Assembly: GCA_002269645.1 (NCBI GenBank)
Contig: NIVC01001074.1
Span: forward strand, 1-16,062
Direction: 5' to 3'
DNA length: 16,062 nucleotides
Source of the DNA: Macrostomum lignano
Taxonomy: Eukaryota
Every line of letters starts with the position of its first letter. The stretch's first letter is position 1. Positions 1 to 7,864 of the stretch are shown one piece after another. A model generated the notes under the pieces. It searched no databases. It saw only the letters and a program-made list of their open reading frames with translations, and was not told the DNA's origin. Position numbers and translations under genes: made by a program.

Positions 1-175
1 CCCAGGTTAGATTCCGTGCTCGACCTCGATTACTTCATTAATTTTGAACTTGTCGAATGATTTATACCCATGAGGCCAACCCCATTGTAAGACAGTCAGA
101 ACATCCTGCGTGGGCATACATGGCATTACTGCCTTGACCTTCGAATGAGCCTGAGACACTCTACTCGTATTTCAG

Positions 176-319
176 ACGGTTACACAACCCATCAGCTCTT
201 GTTCGAATGGGTGGCTAAGATTGACGAGAGGGTCGAGTTCAGCGATGACTTAGAACTGCCCGAGTTTGTCACGCCCCCAAATATCAGTACGGAGACTTGC
301 GTTGTGAAATATCTCACTG
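176..319 (+). CDS. Cys-loop anion channel subunit (GlyR/GluCl-like), internal exon A: extracellular domain up to loop C. Upstream exons lie outside the window or were not recognised.
   Basis: Acceptor tttcAG (174-175) and donor GTgagt (320). 144 nt, phase 1/1. Translation xGYTTHQLLFEW...LELPEF...CVVKYLTG parallels GlyR FGYTMNDLIFEW...LTLPQF...CTKHYNTG. Confidence 0.9.
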
Positions 320-492
320 GTGAGTTGCGGTTGCTGCTGGGGGTAATTCAGATGCAAAAAGTCATGGGAATCTCTAGAGTTATGGGGGACAGTGATAGAG
401 TTGGGAGGGAGAGCGGTAGCATCTGGGGAGGAGAAAGTGGGAGAGCTCAATTGTCAATGCGTCTTGCCGTGAACCTGGACATTCCTATTTAG

Positions 493-722
493 GCGACTAC
501 TCATATCTGCTGGTGACATTTTTACCTGAACCGAAAGTCGGGGTTCTACTTGATCCAGACCTACATACCCAGCATTCTGATTGTCATCCTGAGCTGGGTG
601 TCATTTTGGATCGACGTCAGAGCGGTGCCAGCCAGGATCAGTCTTGGCTTGCTGACGGTTCTCAGCATGACTACGCAGAGCTCTGGGCATTGGGACAGCT
701 GCCCAGGGTGTCCTACATCAAG
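493..722 (+). CDS. Cys-loop anion channel exon B (beta10, M1, M2, M2-M3 loop) with two compensating indels
   Basis: Acceptor tttAG (491-492) and donor GTttgt (723). Removing one T from T5 (519-523) and adding one G at G3 (685-687) gives [77 protein letters not shown]. The PAR motif marks an anion-selective channel. Confidence 0.9.
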
Positions 723-1596
723 GTTTGTTATGATTGGTATGATCTATACCGCTGTTTGTAAGGTTTCAGATATGGATTTTTCACCTTAAGACCAGGAGCT
801 CCCAATTGTGTCCGCTGTTGGTTTTCCCTACACAATGATTTTACTTCACTTTCTTCAATTCAATAGTAGTTCTACTAAATCTCTTTTGGATTAAGCGTAA
901 AGAGGAAGAAACTTTAACTGATTTATAAGCAGTCTAATCTGTCTAAAGACTGTCCGCAGCCATGATATAGAGAGGGGGGTTTAGAATGCAGCGGAAGAAC
1001 ATTCAGAATTGCCTCCGTGTTTTTCGTGACTCTTGTAGAGGTTGGCCGGCGTTATCGATTTTATCAGGCCTTCTGACTCCGCCTATTCATGGCACTGAAG
1101 CTGCTCTGTCAGCTTTAGGTGAGACTATTGAGGACCTCTTGAGCAGCTCACAGGGAATCTCAATCTGGCTATTGTCCTTTTTTGTCTTCTCAATTCTGGA
1201 TTAGAATTCGACTAAAGGAATGAAGTTTTTCTGGCTTGGTGCAAAGCCATGCAGCCCTCAACATTTTGCTGCTGAGGGGTCCTCTGTTCCGCTCCAGAGC
1301 CGGCCGAATAAGATTTGAGAAATTTTTCCTGACACGCAGAACTTTTTCTTCATTCTCGGATCCGTTAGCAGGAGAAAGCGGGAGCGAAGGCAGCAATTGT
1401 GAAAGTTTTCGTGACTAGGTCTGCCGTGTAAAGAACTATTGAGAAAGGCATTCTTTGAGACAAATTTGACAGTTCACTTGTAGGTTTTGGCATGTTAAAA
1501 TGTTAAAATGTCAGGCGAAAGCTCGAATTTTTGAGGAGATTCTAAAGATGAAGTTTTTTTTATCTACGCGGGAGTGTTGTTATAGTTGGCCTAAGT

Positions 1597-1646
1597 GGGT
1601 TGAAACGGGTTGAAACGGGTTGAAACGGGTTGAAACGGGTTGAAAC
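1597..1646. repeat. Perfect 10-bp tandem repeat (GGGTTGAAAC)x5, intronic
   Basis: Five exact head-to-tail copies read directly from the sequence, with no spacers. Confidence 0.97.
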
Positions 1647-1834
1647 GCACGGCGGATTCCACCCGCTGCAATTGTCGATGGCTGACTTCATTAAATAGAA
1701 AAACTCGTATGCATTATAAGTATTTAGTAAATTTTATACCACTTAACGCTGTCTGATTTGAAGAATATTTGATTCTCTGCAAAATGCTTATTATTAGTTA
1801 CTATTTTTTCGATTCACAAAATAAAGAGTTTTAG

Positions 1835-2462
1835 CCATAGACGATTTCTTAGATTTCATTCTTTCTTTCGTTCTCTAGCGGCTGGTGTGCTGGTAGGCAC
1901 GGTTGAACTTCGAAAGATCACATCCATTGTCGGCTGATTTTCCATGCAAGAATGGCATTCTTGCACTCTTTTGCGTGCAGGAATGGATGTCTATGGTAAA
2001 ATCTCACTGAAAAAGCATTAGGCGCAGAAATGCATTCCTGCACGGTTTTGTGCATTCCTGCACGATGAATCATCCGACAATGGAATTCCTTCACGTTCAC
2101 TCGTGCGTGAATATATCATTCTTATTTGATCCAGCGTGCAAGAATGCTTTGGAAGTCGCCATATGCGTGCAGAAATGCAAGTGTCTATGGTAAAAGCATC
2201 TTGAATTTGCATGTGCACTCCGTGCAGGAATGTCAATCGTGCAAGAATGTAATGCGCAATGTTTCTATATTTAGAATAACAGCCATAGACTACAAGCATA
2301 ATCTTCTTTCAATCGTGCAAGAATGTTCAGACTAGCTCGCGCATATTTTGTCTATGGTTCAAGTTTAACTCCACACCCCCAGCTCCACCCTTGTCTACTT
2401 TAGCCACACATGTTGGATCAAATAAGAATGGGAATCAAGCACTTTGACTTGTGCGTCTATGG
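1835..2462. mobile_element. Motif-rich region with nested inverted repeats; possibly a degenerate non-autonomous DNA transposon
   Basis: 9 exact TGCARGAATG copies in both orientations (1945-2325) and 6 GTCTATGG/CCATAGAC copies. Perfect inverted repeats at 1923-1933/2074-2084 (11 bp) and 2117-2133/2414-2430 (17 bp). Termini and TSD not identified. Confidence 0.45.
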
Positions 2463-3076
2463 CAAAAACCCTCGAGCGCTACGCGCACTCGTGTTTCAGC
2501 CATTGACGCACTCGTCAGCGTGCTAGATTCCTCCATTGAAGGGTTAGGCTCTCGTCCAATATTTGTTTTATCGGTTTCTCCTTCAAAAACGTTTTAATTG
2601 ACTTCAGAATAGTTTTCTGGTCAACACAAATGCCTTGCATAGGTGTTAAGGACTTCAGACTCGTTTTTAATGTCCGGAAGGTAATCTAGAACGTCATGAT
2701 GTTATATAGCTAATAGTGTCCTTCTCACTGATTGACGAAGGACAAAAATGCTGTCATTAATAAGAAAACTAAGTAGCTGATGTCAGATGAGGAAAGGGAT
2801 AAAAGAAACTTCCTTCATTCTCCTCAGCTCAAGCCGTACTTATGTACCCCAGCCACTTTCATTTCCCACTGGGATCAGCCGCCAGTCTCCAGCAGCTTTC
2901 GGGGGGGGGGGTGGATAATTCAATTTGGACCCAATTTTTAAGCCGGTCTCACTAGCAGCATCGGTTGGTTGACCTCCACCGCCCAAAGAAAAAGGCACTC
3001 ACTTCTTCTAGAAGGAATTTCCTACTTTTTGCGCCAGCCGACCCGTCGCAGACGTCTTTATTCGCTTGGCATGCAA

Positions 3077-3106
3077 GGGCAGGGGGAGGATGGGGGGAGA
3101 GAGGGG
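3077..3106 (+). other. Canonical G-quadruplex-forming motif (intronic)
   Basis: GGG-CA-GGGGG-AGGAT-GGGGGG-AGAGA-GGGG fits the G3+N1-7 x4 pattern. Formation not demonstrated. Confidence 0.4.
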
Positions 3107-3235
3107 AAACCCAATTCGGAGAGCTTTCTCTGACTGCACTGTTGGAAGCTGCTGCGAATTTTACTTAGCTAAGAAAGTGCCTTTACTCTCTTGTGAAGGG
3201 GATGGAGGTCGCCTGTCAATTTTCTACGTTCATAA

Positions 3236-3530
3236 GGGGTTTGTAGCCACGACTGAAAGGTCGGGGGTTCGATTCTCGACCCAATCGGAACAGCTTGTGT
3301 CCTTGAGCAAGACACTACTTGACTCTGCATTGCTTTAGTTCACCCAGCTGTAAAATGGGTGTCTGCAATAGCCTGGGGAACTGAGGGTGTGTGTGGCGAC
3401 CCCCCCCCCCAGTCCTTGGACTGAACAGCCGTACGCAGCCTTCAGATGCGCCGCGCAATAGCTGCGGCTGAGCTGTCGGTTGCACACCTGGCCCAATTGA
3501 GCAGGTGTAATCAAATACTATTATTATTAA
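3236..3530 (+). mobile_element. tRNA-derived SINE, copy 1 (A box deleted)
   Basis: B-box-like GGTTCGATTCTC, central CCTTGAGCAAG...CACCCAGCTGT block, 3' stem-loop and (TAT)n tail. Homologous along its length to the reverse complement of 15737-16033, with 5 differences in the last ~108 bp before the tail. Confidence 0.85.
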
Positions 3531-3842
3531 TTCACATAAGATCTTACAGCCTCCTTCGAACGTGACGCAAGCAGCCTATTATTCACCTGAGTACTTGCCG
3601 AAACTCACTCTGTTAGGATAAATTGATTGATAATCAAAGAATACTTTATAATTTTGACAGCCACTCATTTAAGTTGATGCATCCATCGAAATCTGATAAG
3701 TTCTCAGTTGTTAAAGTGGGGGCTGGCTAACTTGTCTAAACTTTTAACGTGGTTTGTTTTCCTAACAAAGAGCCAAGCTGAATGAACAGATCAGATAGAG
3801 AAGGGAGCAGGGAGACCGAGAAAAAATGGACGTGAATGCTGA

Positions 3843-4191
3843 GGGGAAATTGCTCTGACAATGTACTCCATCAACTCTGCCGAGTCCAGAAGCCAGAACT
3901 GGGCGAGAAGAAAGCCGGATGCTCCGCTTTGGGAGTCCAACTTCCTGTCCGTAGCTCCGGGTGAGCAAATAGAGGCTCAACTGCTTTTTGTTCAGCAAAA
4001 GCTGACCAGAGAATTTGCTTTGTCATTCAACCTTTCTGTTGGCTGCCCGTATTGCTGGAGCGGCTACGATCGTGTTTACAACTTTTTATAGTTTCTACGT
4101 GTCAACAGAAATGCATTCAGAGTTGGCGATGAAGCTCCAGGAAATGCTGGCTGGGGAAGAGAAAGCAAAAGATGCAAAGTTTAAGCTATAG
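3843..4191 (+). pseudogene. Possible cryptic or degraded coding fragment with a hydrophobic segment, inside the channel intron
   Basis: ORF 3861-4091 plus a +1 frame (4006-4191) reading FLLAARIAGAATIVFTTFYSFYVSTEMHSELAMKLQEMLAGEEKAKDAKFKL*. Looks protein-like but needs a frameshift, and no identity is established. Confidence 0.25.
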
Positions 4192-4339
4192 AGCGCTTTG
4201 ACTGCTTTGCCGTTTGCGTCACGAGATTTTTGAGATGAGCCCTTCTGTAGCTTTTCCGAGGATATCTAAGGGATCGTATCAAGAAATGTAGACCAATGAT
4301 TGTAAATGACACAGCACAAACCCTCACTGTCCCAATCAG

Positions 4340-4528
4340 GCCATAGACGTGTGGATGTCCACCTGCCTGGTGTTCGTGTTCGGTGCCCTGATCGAGTACG
4401 CCATTGCGAACGTGCTGGCCCGGCAGCACAGCACTCTGGAACGCTGGGAGAACCTGCGCAGGATGTTGGACGAGCGGAGTGCAGCGCTGGCCGAGGCAAG
4501 AGACAATAGCGTTGGATCTAACAAGAGG
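4340..4528 (+). CDS. Cys-loop anion channel exon C (M3 and start of the intracellular loop)
   Basis: Acceptor atcAG (4338-4339) and donor GTatgc (4529). AIDVWMSTCLVFVFGALIEYAIANVL continues ...VSYIK| in phase 0, giving the conserved SYxKAIDxW motif. Implies a 3617-bp intron (723-4339). Confidence 0.93.
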
Positions 4529-4834
4529 GTATGCCGTTAAGTGTCATTTAATTAAAACTTCTTAACAGTTTGTCACCTGGGAAACCTGGCGCTTTCGTCG
4601 ATAGTCAAATATGAAGTACTTCTTTTGTACCTACACTTTTTGAAGTCTTCCATACTATTTTAGTGCCGTGTAAATCACTTACCGAGTTGGCTCGGGACTC
4701 ATTGACTCAGAGGTCGGCAAAATTTTAATGTCAGGGGGCCGAAATATAATCTAGATCATTGCTGCGAGCCAGCTGAGAGAGTAAAATAGAGGAAATGGGA
4801 GAAAAAGAGTAAAAAAGAGGAGATAAGAGATGAC

Positions 4835-5163
4835 AGAGGAGAGGAGAGGAGAGGAGAGGAGAGGAGAGGAGAGGAGAGGAGAGGAGAGGAGAGGAGAGGA
4901 GAGGAGAGGAGAGGAGAGGAGAGGAGAGGAGAGGAGAGGAGAGGAGAGGAGAGGAGAGGAGAGGAGAGGAGAGGAGAGGAGAGAGAGGAGGAGAGGAGAG
5001 GAGAGGAGAGGAGAGGAGAGAGAGGAGAGGAGAGGAGAGGAGAGGAGAGGAGAGGAGAGGAGAGAGGAGAGGAGAGGAGAGGAGAGGAGAGGAGAGGAGA
5101 GGAGAGAGGAGAGGAGAGGAGAGGAGAGGAGAGGAGAGGAGAGGAGAGGAGAGGAGAGGAGAG
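4835..5163. repeat. (AGAGG)n pentanucleotide microsatellite, ~329-bp pure purine tract in intron 4529-5220
   Basis: Read directly. Occasional shortened units between about 4980 and 5110. Confidence 0.98.
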
Positions 5164-5220
5164 TCTGCTTGTACCTGACAAAGACAATCTCACAAGACAT
5201 TTGTTGCATTCAATTTTCAG

Positions 5221-5580
5221 AACCGCTCTCAGGCCATCCCGATGATGACTTTCATGAACCGAGAGGCGGACGCTGCTACCGGGAGCTGCGAGACGGATAC
5301 CCTTATTAATAATTCTCGAAGCGTCGGTGCTGGCGCGGCTGGCGCCACCTCGGGTGATGGCGGCGGTGGGATCGGCGGCCTGCGCAGACGGGTCGCCTTC
5401 CAGTCTGTCGGTAGTGGCGACTCCGACAGTCCATTCGGTGGGAGCCACGGCAGCCTGCAGGAGGAGGAGTTCGTTAGCAGCGCTGAGATGATCGACAGGA
5501 TCTCGAGAGCTGCGTTTCCTCTGTCGTTCGGCATGTTTAACCTGGGTTATTGGGTGTACTATGTGTACATTGCTGAGTAA
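5221..5580 (+). CDS. Cys-loop anion channel terminal exon D (intracellular loop and M4, stop TAA)
   Basis: Acceptor ttttcAG (5219-5220), phase 0, in frame with ORF 5242-5580. Ends IDRISRAAFPLSFGMFNLGYWVYYVYIAE*, matching the M4 consensus IDxxSRxxFPxxFxxFNxxYW. Confidence 0.9.
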   Translation, partial: NRSQAIPMMTFMNREADAATGSCETDTLINNSRSVGAGAAGATSGDGGGGIGGLRRRVAFQSVGSGDSDSPFGGSHGSLQEEEFVSSAEMIDRISRAAFPLSFGMFNLGYWVYYVYIAE

Positions 5581-5780
5581 TTGTGTGTTGCTACTCTTCA
5601 ATTTGATTTGTGTATTGATACCAATGGTTAAAACTCGACGTTGCATGCATTCTACGTCTTTTTACTCGAGCGACGAAATTTAAATTCGTAGTGGAGTCTT
5701 TTGGCGTGAGTGGGTGCGCAACAAGTGTTATAACATCTATTCGTGTTGCTTAGCTGTTGCTTAGAAACCAATGTTGCGGT

Positions 5781-6106
5781 GGAGGATCCACTCTGATAGA
5801 ATGACAGGGTCCTGATGACCAACGAACACGTGAGCGTATGGGGAGGAGAGAGCAGTACGAGCTAGCATCTGGGGAGGAGAGAGCAGTACGAGCTAGCATC
5901 TGGGGAGGAGAGAGCAGTACGAGCTAGCATCTGGGGAGGAGAGAGCAGTACGAGCTAGCATCTGGGAGGAGAGAGCAGTACGAGCTAGCATCAGGGCAGG
6001 AGAGAGCCGGAGAGCCCATGGTCAGCAGCCGCTTGTCGTTAGTCTTGTCGGCGGAGGATCCACTCTGATAGAAGATCCGGGTCCTGACGACCAACGAGCA
6101 CGCGAG
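5781..6106. repeat. Pair of 54-bp imperfect direct repeats (5781-5834 and 6053-6106) bracketing a minisatellite
   Basis: The first 21 bp (GGAGGATCCACTCTGATAGAA) are identical; 7 mismatches over 54 bp. Confidence 0.9.
5840..6007. repeat. 31-bp minisatellite GGGGAGGAGAGAGCAGTACGAGCTAGCATCT, about 5.4 units
   Basis: Exact units at 5840, 5871, 5902 and 5933, a 30-bp unit at 5964 and a partial unit at 5994. Confidence 0.97.
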
Positions 6107-6216
6107 ATGAGTGAGGAAGCTCTTGGCTAACTTATTCGGTCTGGATCCGCCACGGAAATTTTTTTCTTATTTGTTTTGAAAACGCGAGTTTAGTAACGTT
6201 TAAGAGTTTTAAGTTC

Positions 6217-6222
6217 AATAAA
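6217..6222 (+). promoter_or_regulatory. Candidate polyadenylation signal of the channel gene
   Basis: First AATAAA I find downstream of the stop at 5580. Usage not shown. Confidence 0.35.
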
Positions 6223-6449
6223 GTCAAAGCAGAGTAACTGTGGAAAAAACTGCAAAAATTTATCAACCAAATGAAATCAAGCAAAAGAAACTTTGCTCTG
6301 ACTTTTGAATATTTGTCATTTCCATTGTTGCTACGTTGCTAATGACTTGAGCAGTCTGTAGAAGTATATACTCTACACAAATTTTTGCTTGTAGTTAGTT
6401 GTTCTTTGGTCGCTACGCATAAATGCGATATAAATACTCATAGATCATC

Positions 6450-6933
6450 AAATATAGCTTTTTGCAGCCCATTTGGGCTTACGCGCATTGAATTTAATCC
6501 AAGATAGGTTTGCCAATGACGTTTGCTGCATTTCTGCAACGTCAACAAAGGGTTCGTCTTGGCGATTGCCACCTTTCACAGGCGACCTAAGCCAGAAGTG
6601 GTTTCAACACGCTGATGGATGCTGTAAAGTCATCTTTCTTCTATATTCAGCAACCTTGCAATGTCCTTTGGGTGTTCACCTCTGTTGAGTGCTTTGATCA
6701 CAAGCCAGTGGCATACGTTCGACAACCTAGCATGGTTCACAATTCTGGGCTGATCTTGCTCCTCCGCAACAGTTGCAAATAAAGCTATGGACCAAATGGA
6801 TGCTTGTTGGACTAAATTAAGTGCCGCTGTGGCAGCCTTGCTGCCATAGACAAAAGCTCCGTTACATTGGCAAACCTATCTTGGATTAAATTAAATGCGC
6901 GTAAGCCCTAATGGGCTGCAAAAAGCCATATTT
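6450..6933. mobile_element. MITE-like element, ~484 bp, with 69-bp inverted repeats
   Basis: 6450-6518 matches the reverse complement of 6865-6933 at 66/69. Non-coding interior. No unambiguous TSD. Confidence 0.75.
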
Positions 6934-7790
6934 CTCGAACATTGAAATATCAGTTGCAAAGTGCTAGGCAGTTCTGTAGTTGCAGCAAACCTTAAAGTCC
7001 AATAAAAAGACATTCATATACGAGTACTCAATCTCAAACCTTTTTTATCTAATGGTTCATCTATTGATCTGCAGTCACGTACGCATTGGTGGCTTGTCAA
7101 AGCTGTCAAAGTCTCATTGGAAACTTAATAATAAAACAAGTGTTTTCCAGTTTAAACGGAAAGGCGAGCGCTTCGCTCAAGAAAAGAAGATTTCACATCA
7201 AGAGTTGTAAAATAATTCAAACTGAAAGTCCTTTTGCTTCTTTTGTTTTTATTGAAGCCATGCCTGACGTATTTAGGCAGGCGGAATGAGATGATAAATA
7301 AGTGGAAACGGTCGCACGCAGCTTATTTTCAACAGGGCTTCTTTCTCACGGGCTGCCAGTTTCTGCAGCCGAGCCTGCAAGGCATTGTGCGAAAGGCATG
7401 TCACTCTAAATGGGCCCCCTGTTATGTTCTCGCGCCTCTGTTAATTGGCAAATCACCTGTTCCATTTCAGCACCCTGCGGCGCTACCTCATCACTCTCCT
7501 TCGCAACCCCCCATTGTCGCAGTGGTACTTGAAACGTTGGCCAGGAGTGCACAGGCAGGCCAATTCGAGCGCAAGCGATGCAGGCAATGCACTCAGCATC
7601 CATTAGTCTAAGTGGGACACTCCAGGCTCGAGTGGAGCCTTTTGCCTTCTATTATTTGCCTATCTCGTACTCAATTTTGTTCTTTTAATCTAATGAGGCA
7701 ATGGTTGCATTGATGCTTATTGCAGTCCTCGAAGAACAATGTGTGACAAAATCCACAGGGGCTTATAATGGGTTTAGACATTCGGAAAAT

Positions 7791-7798
7791 TATATAAA
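7791..7798 (+). promoter_or_regulatory. Candidate TATA box of the FN2/TSR gene
   Basis: TATATAAA lies about 67 bp upstream of ATG 7865, with no intervening ATG. Confidence 0.4.
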
Positions 7799-7864
7799 CT
7801 GCACCGCTACGCTGCTACGCTCGAATCGAAGACAAATACATCATTGAATAAAAAAGACTCGAAG

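Noticed and set aside
986-1418. Intronic ORFs 986-1204, 1190-1396 and 1236-1418, and an 11-bp direct repeat TTTTCGTGACT (1021/1406)
   Set aside because: No recognisable motifs and stops interrupt all frames. The direct repeat does not flank a definable element.
1597-1646. GTTGAAAC resembles a CRISPR repeat end
   Set aside because: The units are 10 bp, head to tail, with no spacers, in a eukaryotic intron with no cas genes. It is a simple tandem repeat.
4751-5646. Long ORFs encoding (EERRG)n and (LLSSP)n
   Set aside because: These are translation artefacts of the stop-free (AGAGG)n tract, which lies inside a well-supported intron.
5791-5830. CTGATGA as a hammerhead ribozyme core
   Set aside because: There is no stem II followed by GAAA, and no matching stems I or III.
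7234-7611. 125-aa ORF upstream of the TSR gene
   Set aside because: TTG start, no domain signature and no convincing splice context.
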